Assembly: GCA_964508705.1 (NCBI GenBank)
Contig: CAZDUS010000003.1
Location: 16,453 to 80,452, forward strand
Length of the DNA: 64,000 nucleotides
Direction: 5' to 3'
Origin: an uncultured Verrucomicrobiota bacterium
Lineage (GTDB): Bacteria; Verrucomicrobiota; Kiritimatiellia; CAIKKV01; CAITUY01
The position numbers and the translations under genes are program-made. Numbering within the stretch: position 1 is the first letter of the stretch; each line of letters starts with the position of its first letter. The notes beneath the pieces are model-generated. The model made no database searches, was not told the DNA's origin, and saw only the letters and a list, made by a program, of their open reading frames with translations. Below are positions 47,893-56,782 of this stretch, one piece after another.

Positions 47893-48837
47893 TTATTCCT
47901 TATATGTCGTTGCCCATGCCGTCTGGATGGCTTTCAGCCCCTCCATAATGTCCTGGGCTGGCACGCTTTGAGACGGTTCAAGGACGCGGAGTATATCACC
48001 CTGAACGACATTACGGAACAGGGGAAAATCAATAGTTCCGGAGGGGGGCATGACGTGGTCCTTGTGGGGCGGGATGACGTCGTGGATGTGCATACCGGCA
48101 AGCAAGGGGCGCAGGCGGGTGGCCCAGCGGAGATGATTGGTGAAGCCGAGGTTCTCGCGGATCTGGCCGTGTCCGAAGTCGTGCCAGCCCTTGAGCCACG
48201 GGGAATTGAAATGGGTTAGCAACCGTTCCATTTCGACCTCGGTGGGGATGGCCTCCCAGGTTGGGAGTATTTCAAGGGCGAGGGTGACGCGGGTTTGCTC
48301 GAGGAGGGGGAGGAGTTTTTCTATTCCGGAATAGAGGAGGGGGAGTTGGCTGGAAACGTTCTTTTCGCGAGCGATGATGGTTTTCATGCGCAATTTCTCG
48401 TATTCCTCGCTTTCGCGTTTTCCGGCCAGTATGAGGTCGACGAGTTTTGGGAAGGTGGGTTTCACGTTGGCGTTACCGGCGTGTGTGACCACAGCGCTGG
48501 CGCCGACCTGAACGGCAAAGTGGATGGTGTTCTGGAGGTAATGGAGCGCGTTGGCGCGGATGGCTGGATCCGGGCTGGCGAGGGTAAAGGGTTCAGGGTG
48601 GGGGAATTGGACGATGGTTGGCAGGGGACAGAAGGCGTGCAGGCTATCGACCTTGATACTGTTGGAATTGACCATGGCGAGGACGCCGGGGACAAGATTG
48701 GGGGTCAGGTCGAAGCCCAATTCCACATGGGAGAATCCGAGCGAGATAATTTCCTCCAGCATGGTTTCGCCGGTTTCGTGCCGGTGAGCGTTCCATCGGG
48801 TTGTCAGGGCGAAGCGCATGGAGGGGATTTCAGACAT
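47893..48837 (-). CDS. sugar phosphate isomerase/epimerase (xylose-isomerase-like TIM barrel)
   Basis: 314 aa with 'GFSHVELGF', 'VVTHAGN' and 'HIHD', typical of the AP_endonuc_2-like fold. An alternative ATG is at 48819. Confidence 0.75.
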   Translation of the reverse strand: MSEIPSMRFALTTRWNAHRHETGETMLEEIISLGFSHVELGFDLTPNLVPGVLAMVNSNSIKVDSLHAFCPLPTIVQFPHPEPFTLASPDPAIRANALHYLQNTIHFAVQVGASAVVTHAGNANVKPTFPKLVDLILAGKRESEEYEKLRMKTIIAREKNVSSQLPLLYSGIEKLLPLLEQTRVTLALEILPTWEAIPTEVEMERLLTHFNSPWLKGWHDFGHGQIRENLGFTNHLRWATRLRPLLAGMHIHDVIPPHKDHVMPPSGTIDFPLFRNVVQGDILRVLEPSQSVPAQDIMEGLKAIQTAWATTYKE

Positions 48838-48857
48838 TATACATGAGAGGTTGATTG

Positions 48858-48890
48858 AAAAAACAAAGCTCCCTGGTGTTGCCAGGGAGC
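48858..48890 (-). terminator. rho-independent terminator after rpsU
   Basis: The minus strand reads GCTCCCTGG-CAACA-CCAGGGAGC (9-bp perfect stem) followed by TTTGTTTTTT. Confidence 0.85.
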
Positions 48891-48912
48891 CTTGTTAGGG
48901 ATCTGAAAAATA

Positions 48913-49095
48913 TCAGGTTCCGTATGCGGCGCGAGCACGCGCGCGGGCAGCCTTACGCCGCCGCTTTTCGCTAGGCTTCTCGAAGTACCGGTTTGCACGG
49001 ATTGCCTTCATGATGCCTTCTTTATCCATAACCTTTTTCAGTCGCCGCAGAGCTTTGTCAACACTCTCGCCACGTCGAACTTTAACCTGTGCCAC
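48913..49095 (-). CDS. rpsU: 30S ribosomal protein S21
   Basis: 'VKVRRGESVDKALRRLKKVMDKEGI...KPSEKRRRK'. Trimmed to the GTG at 49095, which is preceded by GAAGGTGA. Confidence 0.9.
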   Translation of the reverse strand: MAQVKVRRGESVDKALRRLKKVMDKEGIMKAIRANRYFEKPSEKRRRKAARARARAAYGT

Positions 49096-49210
49096 GAACA
49101 ATTCACCTTCCCTTCCTGACCCGGGGTAGTCTGTTGCCAAGCCCTCGGATCAAAGTCGGACCACTGTATACGGATTTGAGCCTGCAGAGTCAAGGTTCAA
49201 GCGGGGTTTA

Positions 49211-50854
49211 TCAGAGGGTCTTCATGGCGGGTGTATGGATCCAGATGGCGAAACGGGCGACGATCATGATGGAATAAATCAGTATGATAGCGAAGATGGG
49301 CACAGGGGGGATGGTCCAATGGCCGCCGGGGATGGTTGATAAGAAATCAATGAAGTGGTTGAGGCCACAGGCGAGCCCCACGTTGGCGTGATTGAAGATG
49401 TCGGCGAAAAACAGAGCGCAGGATCCCAGGGCAAGGGATAAGGCACCGGTAAGGATAATGAGCGATGAGAGGGGAACCGCTATCAGGTTGCCAAGCAAGC
49501 CGATGGGGGCGACGGAATTGAAGTACAGGGCTGTCATGGGGGCTGTAACGATGGCGGCGGACAGGGTCAGTGCCACCAGTCCGGCGAAACCCATGGCAAA
49601 TTCCCGCAGGATGGCTTTTGATGCAGGATCAGCTTGCAGTTGAAGTGGATCTTTACGGATTCGACGGAACAGGGGTTCTGCGAAGATTGGTGTGAAGAGG
49701 GTAATGCCAAGGACGGCGATGAAGGAAAGCAGGAATCCGGCGTCGGTCAGGTTGTCGGGCGACCAACCCAGCAGGAGAATGGCGGCGGCGCCGAGCGAGG
49801 AATAGATGTCCGACTTGCGGCCCAGCAGTGGGGCGGTCCAGAACAGGATGCCCATGATGCAGGCGCGGGTGGCGCTCGATTGCAGGCCGGTCATGATGGT
49901 GTAGAGCAGAAGCAGCGGGGCGAGCGCCAGGATCCAGCGTGTTCGAGGCATGCCGCAGGAGGAAAGCGCCAATACCAGGACGGCGGCCAGAATGACCACA
50001 TGGGAACCACTGATCGCGAAGACATGCAGAGTGCTGGTGTTGGCAAACGATTGGTAAAGATCGCGCGGCATTTGTCCCCGGACCCCCAGGAGCAAGGAAT
50101 TCAATATGGCGGATTCCCGTGGGAATTTGGAGATGCCGTGGTTCAGGATTTCCAAGGCCTTGTCGCGTGCCGACAAGGCGAACTGAATGATGCCGCTGCC
50201 ATGTCCTGAGGTGATCCAGCGGGCGGATCGGCCGGCGGACATGAAGACGGGAGCGGGATGAGCCGAGTTGCGAGCGGTGGCGTTTGTGCCAAGTGTCAGG
50301 AACCCGGAGAAGGACCAGCGTTCGCCGTAGCGGGGAGGTTTGAATTTGGCAGGCAGTTTGAAGCGAACCCAGGCGGGGCCCCCAACGGCCTGCCAAGGCA
50401 GTTCATTTGAGAGGCGCAGATGTTCAATGGCAACGGGGGCCTTCCATGTGATGATATTGGTTGAGGCGCCGTAGGGTGATGTTGGAACGCGGCAAGATTC
50501 CGGGTCCACGATGACGGCATCGTCGTCAAGTATCCCGATGAGTCCGACGCCGGTGGTTGGAGAGGATAAGATGGAGGCGACAGGGGGTGGCCGCGATTTC
50601 GTTTGCATGGCGGCATGAGTCCATCCGACGCAGGCGATAGCGAGGAGCATGGCGGTGGATGAAAAGTGGCCAACGATGACGGATGATGAGCGGATAGTGG
50701 CAAGGCAGGTTATGAGGAGAATGACGCCAGTGACGAGCGGGACCGAGGAAGATTGGGCGCTGTTCAGGCCAACGTAGATACCTGCAGAAAAGAAAATGGC
50801 GATTCCCGTAAGCGGGCGTCTGGCAAGTTGCTGCATGGCTAGGCGGACAAGCAA
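49211..50854 (-). CDS. comEC: ComEC/Rec2-family DNA internalisation channel protein (no C-terminal metallo-beta-lactamase domain)
   Basis: 547 aa. N-terminal DUF4131-like OB region and a polytopic competence domain with 'HVFAISGSHVVIL'. The ORF ends right after the membrane domain. Confidence 0.85.
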   Translation of the reverse strand: MLVRLAMQQLARRPLTGIAIFFSAGIYVGLNSAQSSSVPLVTGVILLITCLATIRSSSVIVGHFSSTAMLLAIACVGWTHAAMQTKSRPPPVASILSSPTTGVGLIGILDDDAVIVDPESCRVPTSPYGASTNIITWKAPVAIEHLRLSNELPWQAVGGPAWVRFKLPAKFKPPRYGERWSFSGFLTLGTNATARNSAHPAPVFMSAGRSARWITSGHGSGIIQFALSARDKALEILNHGISKFPRESAILNSLLLGVRGQMPRDLYQSFANTSTLHVFAISGSHVVILAAVLVLALSSCGMPRTRWILALAPLLLLYTIMTGLQSSATRACIMGILFWTAPLLGRKSDIYSSLGAAAILLLGWSPDNLTDAGFLLSFIAVLGITLFTPIFAEPLFRRIRKDPLQLQADPASKAILREFAMGFAGLVALTLSAAIVTAPMTALYFNSVAPIGLLGNLIAVPLSSLIILTGALSLALGSCALFFADIFNHANVGLACGLNHFIDFLSTIPGGHWTIPPVPIFAIILIYSIMIVARFAIWIHTPAMKTL

Positions 50855-51636
50855 AAATTCAATGGGGTGTGTTTGCCTGCGGGTCTGCCGGTGCGAAGGG
50901 CGTTGGTGACGAAGGCCTTCGCCACGGCAACGGCTTCATGCAGGTCATTGCCTGACGCAAGGGCGGCTGTGAGCGCGGCGGAGAAGGTGCAGCCGGTTCC
51001 GTGGGTGCCTGCAACGCGGGCGCGCGGTAAGGTATAGAGCGTGATTTCATCATCAACGCAGAGGATATCCACGACGTGGTTGCCCTTGAGGTGGCCACCC
51101 TTGGCAATACAGGCGGTGGAAAAACGGCGGGCGATAAGCCGGGCGGCCTGAGTTAGATCGTCAAGCGTGTTGATGCGGCAATCCGCAAGGATTTCGGCTT
51201 CCTGAAGGTTTGGAGTGATGACGGTGGCGAGGGGGAGGAGGGTCGAGCAGAGGGCTTTCATGGCATCCTCGCGAAGCAGGCGAGCCCCGGAGGTGGCGAC
51301 CATGACGGGGTCGACGACGAGAGGGAAGGTGGGGCCCCGTTTGAGTTCTTTCGCGACGGCACGGATGATGGGGTCGGAAAACAACATGCCTGTCTTGGCG
51401 GCGGCGACGGGGTATCCATCGGTCACCGCGCGAATCTGTTTGGTCACCATGGCCGGTGACGCCGCCTCGATGCCTGTGACACCATCGGGGTTCTGGGCGG
51501 TCAGGCAGGTAATGGCCGAGGTGCCGAAGACCCGCATGGCTGTAAAGGTTTTGAGGTCTGCCTGAATCCCCGCTCCTCCGCCGCTATCGGAACCGGCGAT
51601 GGTGAGCGCGACGGGGATGGAGGTTGGGGGGGGCAT
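50839..51636 (-). CDS. thiD: hydroxymethylpyrimidine/phosphomethylpyrimidine kinase
   Basis: 'LTIAGSDSGGGAGIQADLKT' and 'GTGCTFSAA'. 265 aa. Confidence 0.92.
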   Translation of the reverse strand: MPPPTSIPVALTIAGSDSGGGAGIQADLKTFTAMRVFGTSAITCLTAQNPDGVTGIEAASPAMVTKQIRAVTDGYPVAAAKTGMLFSDPIIRAVAKELKRGPTFPLVVDPVMVATSGARLLREDAMKALCSTLLPLATVITPNLQEAEILADCRINTLDDLTQAARLIARRFSTACIAKGGHLKGNHVVDILCVDDEITLYTLPRARVAGTHGTGCTFSAALTAALASGNDLHEAVAVAKAFVTNALRTGRPAGKHTPLNFCLSA

Positions 51637-51640
51637 ACGT

Positions 51641-51673
51641 CAGAATCCAGAATCCAGAATCCAGAATCCAGAA
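51641..51673. repeat. heptanucleotide tandem repeat (CAGAATC)x4 plus a partial unit
   Basis: cagaatc cagaatc cagaatc cagaatc cagaa, beginning 5 nt upstream of the thiD start codon. Confidence 0.95.
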
Positions 51674-51722
51674 GGCAGAGTTCTGAATGGCCTGGTATTC
51701 AGAATTTGGACGCATTCTTTGT

Positions 51723-52955
51723 TCATGTCTTGATTTGTCCAGCCTTGGCCAAGGAGCGGGCTTCCACGCTTTGGATCTCGGCATACCCTTGAGAACTGAC
51801 AGGGTTCAAGCCTTCGCTGGCTTCCATTGAGGAGTCGGCCTCGTTGTAGATAGAGGCGGGGCAGTCGGTCAAGCTGACGAAGTGCAGGTTGCCCTTGTAG
51901 AGTCCGAGGGTGACCGTGCCGGTTGCCTGTGAGGACAGCACGTCGATGGCGGCGCGGGCCGCGCGGGTGACGGGATCGAAGTAGCGTCCATCGTAGATTT
52001 GATCGGCGACGAGTTTGGATAACTGCATAAACAGGAGGGAAGCGCGGCGGTCCATGGTGGCTTGATAGACCTGGCGCAGGGCTGTACCCAACAGTTCCAT
52101 GCCCGGCGCCTCGTACACGCCACGGCTCTTGGTGCCGATGATGCGGTTTTCGAGGGCGTTCTTCATGCCAATGCCGTTACGGCCGCCGAGGCGATTGGCT
52201 TCGACAATGGCCTCCAGCGGAGAGACCTTGCGTCCGTTGATGGCCACGCAGCGGGCTTTCTCGAAGCGGAAAGAAACCTCTTCGGTTTTGTCCGGAGCCT
52301 GCATGGGCCAGACGCCCATGGTGGGAACGACGATGGTGCAGGGCGTCTCGATGCTCTCCAAGTCTTCAGCTTCGTGCGACAGGCCGGCGAGATTGGCATC
52401 GGTGGAATAGCGCTTCTTACTTCCTACGACGGCTTCGATGCCAAAGCGGTCAAGGTAGGCGGCCATTTGAGTGCGGCCGGGGAATTCGGTTAGCAGGGAT
52501 GGGTCGCGCCAGGGGGCGTAGACCCGCATTTCCGGGGCGAGCACGTTCGTATAGCGTTCGAAGCGCATCTGGTCGTTGCCGCGACCTGTGGCTCCGTGTG
52601 CAAGCACGGTGCAACCTGCGGCTTTCATACGGGGGATGAGGCCGCGGACGGTGACGGCACGCGCGATACCGGTGGAGTTCCAATAGCCGCCATCGTACAT
52701 GGCTTGAGACTGGATAACCTCAAAGCAGGCTTCGGCCATTTCAGCCTTGAGATCAACGATGTTCGTTTCGGCACCACAGGGGGCCATCTTTTTCTTGATA
52801 TCGTTGATGTCTTTTTCGTCCGGTTGGCCCAGGTCGGCGGAGAAGCAGGTGACTTTGACACCCATTTCAACCAGTTTCTTGGTGATGGTCTTGCTGTCGA
52901 GACCGCCGGAAACACAAATGCCAACATGCTGTTTCTTAAGTTCGCTGATAACCAT
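51723..52955 (-). CDS. argG: argininosuccinate synthase
   Basis: 'GICVSGGLDSKT' PP-loop and 'AHGATGRGNDQMRFE'. 410 aa. Confidence 0.95.
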   Translation of the reverse strand: MVISELKKQHVGICVSGGLDSKTITKKLVEMGVKVTCFSADLGQPDEKDINDIKKKMAPCGAETNIVDLKAEMAEACFEVIQSQAMYDGGYWNSTGIARAVTVRGLIPRMKAAGCTVLAHGATGRGNDQMRFERYTNVLAPEMRVYAPWRDPSLLTEFPGRTQMAAYLDRFGIEAVVGSKKRYSTDANLAGLSHEAEDLESIETPCTIVVPTMGVWPMQAPDKTEEVSFRFEKARCVAINGRKVSPLEAIVEANRLGGRNGIGMKNALENRIIGTKSRGVYEAPGMELLGTALRQVYQATMDRRASLLFMQLSKLVADQIYDGRYFDPVTRAARAAIDVLSSQATGTVTLGLYKGNLHFVSLTDCPASIYNEADSSMEASEGLNPVSSQGYAEIQSVEARSLAKAGQIKT

Positions 52956-52976
52956 TGAATTTCTCCTGTTTGGAAT

Positions 52977-53077
52977 GCGGCGGCTTGACGCCGCTATTCT
53001 GCGACCCGGCTTGACGGGTCAGGCCCAAGAGTTGGCACGTCAAGCCGCGCCATTACAAAGCGGCGTCAAGCCGCCGC
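52977..53077. repeat. array of four REP-like hairpins sharing the 10-mer CGGCTTGACG (two forward, two inverted)
   Basis: H1 GCGGCG-GCTTGA-CGCCGC (52977-94). H2 GACCCG-GCTTGA-CGGGTC (53003-20). H3 GGCACG-TCAAGC-CGCGCC (53034-51). H4 GCGGCG-TCAAGC-CGCCGC (53060-77), the exact reverse complement of H1. Confidence 0.9.
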
Positions 53078-53115
53078 ACTTCAAACAAGTTATTCCACCA
53101 TTTTCCGTAGTGGGG

Positions 53116-54327
53116 TTATTCCTCGGTTGATTTCTCCACGCCGTGGAATTCGGCCAACGCGTCATCGATGATCTCCAGCGCCTCGTCGAGTTCGCTTTCC
53201 TTGACGTTCAGTGGCGGGAGGAAACGGATGACGTTTTCGCCCGCGGTGATGACGAGCAGGCCGTTATCGCAAAGGATTTTAGCCAGCGGCTTGGCGGGGA
53301 CGTCCAGCACCAGACCCAGCATGAGTCCCATGCCTCGCACTTCCTTGACGTGTTCATAGGCTTCGATGAAGTCAGTGAGCGCATCCTTGAAATCGGCGCC
53401 AATTTCCGCGGCGCGTTCGACAAGCCCGTCGCTCTCGATCACATTCAGCGTGGCGAGGGCGGCGGCACAGGCGACTGGCGACCCTCCGAAGGTGCTGGCA
53501 TGTTTGCCGGGCTGGAAAACATCCGCAACTTTAGGGCTGGTCACGATGGCTCCGATGGGGAATCCGCTTCCGAGCGACTTGGCCATTGAGAAGGCATCAG
53601 GCGTCACCTCGGCGCTTTGGAATCCGAACCAGTTTCCGGTCCGTCCCATTCCGCACTGAACTTCATCGCAGAAGAGCAGGATGTTCTTCTTATCGCAGAG
53701 GGCGCGCAGACCCTTCAGGAATTCAGGGGTGGCGGTGATGATGCCGCCTTCGCCTTGAATCGGCTCGACCAGGATGGCGGCGGTGCGGTCGCTAACGACG
53801 CTTTTCAGTGAATCGAGGTTATTCAGTTCGGCGTAGAGGAAGCCATCGGGCATCGGCTCGAACCCGTCCTGATACTTTGTCTGGCCGGTGGCTGCCACGG
53901 TGGCCAGGGTGCGGCCATGGAACGAGTTCTTCATGGAGACGATCTCGTACTTGCCCAGATCGCTACCCCAGAGACGCGCCAGCTTGATCAACGCCTCGTT
54001 GGCTTCGGCGCCGGAGTTGCAGAAGAACACTTTCCCGCCCAGTGAGATTGTTGAAAGTTTTTCGGCGAGCACGGCCTGATGCTCGTTGTGATAGAGGTTG
54101 GAAACGTGCATCAGCTTTGCGACCTGCTGTTGAACGGCCTCGACAACCTTGGGATGGCAATGGCCGACGTTCTGGCAGGCGATGCCGCCCACGAAGTCCA
54201 GATAGACCTTGCCCTCGTTATCCCACACCCGGGTGCCTTTGCCCTTCACGAGCGTGAGGCTGGGGGTGTGATAGGTTGGAATTACATACTGTTGATATTT
54301 CGCGGTTATTTCTGTTGTAGTCATCAT
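53116..54327 (-). CDS. argD: acetylornithine aminotransferase
   Basis: Class III aminotransferase with 'NSGAEANE' and 'DEVQCGMGRTG' and a PLP-Lys region 'SMAKSLG'. Confidence 0.92.
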   Translation of the reverse strand: MMTTTEITAKYQQYVIPTYHTPSLTLVKGKGTRVWDNEGKVYLDFVGGIACQNVGHCHPKVVEAVQQQVAKLMHVSNLYHNEHQAVLAEKLSTISLGGKVFFCNSGAEANEALIKLARLWGSDLGKYEIVSMKNSFHGRTLATVAATGQTKYQDGFEPMPDGFLYAELNNLDSLKSVVSDRTAAILVEPIQGEGGIITATPEFLKGLRALCDKKNILLFCDEVQCGMGRTGNWFGFQSAEVTPDAFSMAKSLGSGFPIGAIVTSPKVADVFQPGKHASTFGGSPVACAAALATLNVIESDGLVERAAEIGADFKDALTDFIEAYEHVKEVRGMGLMLGLVLDVPAKPLAKILCDNGLLVITAGENVIRFLPPLNVKESELDEALEIIDDALAEFHGVEKSTEE

Positions 54328-55196
54328 TCTGTGATCTCCGTTCCTACTCCTTTGTCTGTAAAAATCTCCAACAACAATGAATGGGGAAGGCGCCCGTCAA
54401 TGATGTGAATCTTGCGGACTCCCGCCTCCAGTGCTTCCACGCAACTTCTGATTTTCGGCAACATGCCGCCATCAATGACGCCGGTCTTGATCAATTCCTC
54501 GACTTCCTTGATACGCAAGGTTGAGAAGAGGGTGGAGGCGTCATTACGGTCCCGGAGGAGTCCCGGGACATCGGAAAGAAAGGCCAGTTTCCGGGCCTTG
54601 AGTTCACGCGCCACAGCGGCGGCGGCGTCATCGGCGTTCAGGTTGTAGAGATGACCATCGGGGCCGCGTCCAAGCGGGGTGACGACGGGGATTGTCTCTG
54701 TCTTGAAACATTCCAGCAGGTGGAGGATATGGACATGGCGGATATCGCCAACGTAACCCCAATCGGAGGATTCACCGGTGACGGGATCTTTTTCGACGCG
54801 TTTTTCGACTTCGAAGATGGTGTTGCCGTCGATACGGCAGGCACGTGCGCCGCGCTTCTTCAGGCTGTCCAGCAAGGATGCGTTGACCTTGTTCTTGATA
54901 GTGGATTCAACCACCTTGATGGTGGCATCGTCGGTGACTCGCAGGCCTTTAACGAATTTCGGGACCAGTCCGGCTTCGGACATGGCGCGGGAAATGGCTT
55001 TTCCGCCGCCGTGCACAATGACCGGGCGCATGCCGATACATTCCATGAAGGTGACATCGGCCAGGATGTTTTCCACCTGGCGCGGGTCCTCCATGGCGCT
55101 ACCGCCGAATTTCACGACCACGATGGCGTCGCGGAAGTCCTGTATGTAAGGAAGGGCTTCAATCAGGATATCGGCTTTGGCGATGGCGTGTTCCAT
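54324..55196 (-). CDS. argB: acetylglutamate kinase
   Basis: 'VVKFGGSAM', 'VIVHGGG' and 'LNADDAA'. 290 aa. Confidence 0.95.
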   Translation of the reverse strand: MEHAIAKADILIEALPYIQDFRDAIVVVKFGGSAMEDPRQVENILADVTFMECIGMRPVIVHGGGKAISRAMSEAGLVPKFVKGLRVTDDATIKVVESTIKNKVNASLLDSLKKRGARACRIDGNTIFEVEKRVEKDPVTGESSDWGYVGDIRHVHILHLLECFKTETIPVVTPLGRGPDGHLYNLNADDAAAAVARELKARKLAFLSDVPGLLRDRNDASTLFSTLRIKEVEELIKTGVIDGGMLPKIRSCVEALEAGVRKIHIIDGRLPHSLLLEIFTDKGVGTEITE

Positions 55197-56416
55197 CAGG
55201 TCATGTACTCCGCGTTGATGGCGACGTATTCCTTGCTCAGGTCGCAGGTGTAGATGGTGATTTCGGATTTGCCGAGGTGCAGGTCCACCTTGATTGAGAA
55301 TTCCTTGAGGGCATAGACCTTGGCGAGTTCCGAGAGGGAGAATGACTCAGCGGCTTTGCCACCCTGGACGGCCGGGATGTCATTAAACGAGATATCCACG
55401 CGGCCTTCCTCGATGCGGGCGCCGGAATAGCCGAGTGCGGCCATGATCCTGCCCCAGTTCGGGTCGCCGCCGTTCCAGGCGGTCTTGACGAGGGGTGATT
55501 TGGCGATGGCACGGGCGCAGGCACGGGCATCGCTCCGGCTGGGGGCCCCAGTCACGGTGACAGTCACGAACTTGGTGGCTCCTTCGCCATCCTTGACTAC
55601 CATGAGTGCCAATTCGCGGGCCACGTATTCAAGGGCGTGGCAGAACTTGCGCCAGTCATGATGTTTACGGTCGAGCAGGTTGTTGCCTGCGGCACCGTTG
55701 GCGAGCAGGAGGACGGTGTCGTTGGTGCTTTCATCGCCATCCACAACGATGCGGTTAAAGCTGATATCCACGGCGTGTACGAGTTCGAGCTGAAGGGCGC
55801 GCTGATCCACGGCGGCATCGGTGGTGATGAATGCCAGCATGGTGGCCATGTTCGGGGCGATCATGCCGGATCCCTTGGCCATGCCGGCGATAGTGACGGG
55901 CTTGCCATCGATGGTGACGGTGACGGCGACTTCCTTCTTCACGAGGTCGGTGGTCAGGATGGCTTCGGCGGCGCGGGAGCCGTTGTCCGGCGAAAGTTGC
56001 TGGGCGAGGGCGGGTAGGGACGCCTCGATTTTTGGCATGGGAAGCGGGATGCCGATGGTGCCGGTTGAGCAGACGAACACGAGGTTTTTCCCGATGCCCA
56101 GGACATTGGACGTCAGTTCGGCCATGCGTTCGGCGTCAAGGAAGCCTTGTTCGCCGGTGCAGGCGTTGGCGTTGCCTGCATTGATGATGATGGCCTGGCC
56201 CTGACCCCAGATCAGGTGGCGTTCGCAAAGTTTTACCGGAGCGGCCTTTACACGGTTGGTGGTAAAGGTGCCGGCTACGGATGCGGTTGTTTCGGAGACA
56301 AGGAGGGTAAGGTCATCGCGCTTGCGGCTTTCCTTGATGCCGGCGCGGAGAGTAGCCGCCTTGAACCCTTTTGGGGAGGTAATGTTGCCAGTAATAACGT
56401 CAAAAGCTTTCTTCAT
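55196..56416 (-). CDS. argJ: bifunctional ornithine acetyltransferase / N-acetylglutamate synthase
   Basis: Autoproteolysis site 'ATMLAFITTDA' and 'GMAKGSGMIAPNM'. 406 aa. Confidence 0.95.
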   Translation of the reverse strand: MKKAFDVITGNITSPKGFKAATLRAGIKESRKRDDLTLLVSETTASVAGTFTTNRVKAAPVKLCERHLIWGQGQAIIINAGNANACTGEQGFLDAERMAELTSNVLGIGKNLVFVCSTGTIGIPLPMPKIEASLPALAQQLSPDNGSRAAEAILTTDLVKKEVAVTVTIDGKPVTIAGMAKGSGMIAPNMATMLAFITTDAAVDQRALQLELVHAVDISFNRIVVDGDESTNDTVLLLANGAAGNNLLDRKHHDWRKFCHALEYVARELALMVVKDGEGATKFVTVTVTGAPSRSDARACARAIAKSPLVKTAWNGGDPNWGRIMAALGYSGARIEEGRVDISFNDIPAVQGGKAAESFSLSELAKVYALKEFSIKVDLHLGKSEITIYTCDLSKEYVAINAEYMT

Positions 56417-56782
56417 CGCTATTCAATCCTTCGAAAATCAACTTGTACAATAGCCGTGGCATCTTGATGGATACCAGAGGCTTCCTTTCGCCAGAAGGCC
56501 GGGGACTATCGGGGAAATGGAGATGAAAGTCGAACATAAAAAATGGTCTGAAGTGTTGAAGCGGGGAGTGAACGGGGCTTGCCGTGGCAGGGGTGAGTTG
56601 ATAAGTAACGACGAGCAATTTGGGAGGACAGGTTAATGGCGGGGAAGCGCATCAGGACATCCAATGAATTCCGAGACGCATTGCGCACAGGATTGGAGTA
56701 TCGCACGGGGGGAGGGGGTGGCTGGTTCCGTTTCGGGCCCCTTGGCGGCTTGCGTTCCTTTTGTTTTCATGTCCGGGTGCTG

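Noticed and set aside
49653-50396. 247-aa alternative-frame ORF on the same strand inside comEC.
   Set aside because: It has Arg/Pro-rich off-frame composition, and the comEC frame carries the conserved competence-domain motifs.
51637-51722. TPP riboswitch upstream of thiD.
   Set aside because: The spacer is only 86 nt and lacks the conserved CUGAGA and ACCUGAUCUGGAUAAUGCCAGCG-type elements.
51641-53077. CRISPR-like array formed by the heptamer repeat or the four hairpins.
   Set aside because: The repeat units (7 nt and 18 nt) are far shorter than CRISPR repeats. There are no unique spacers of regular length and no cas genes.
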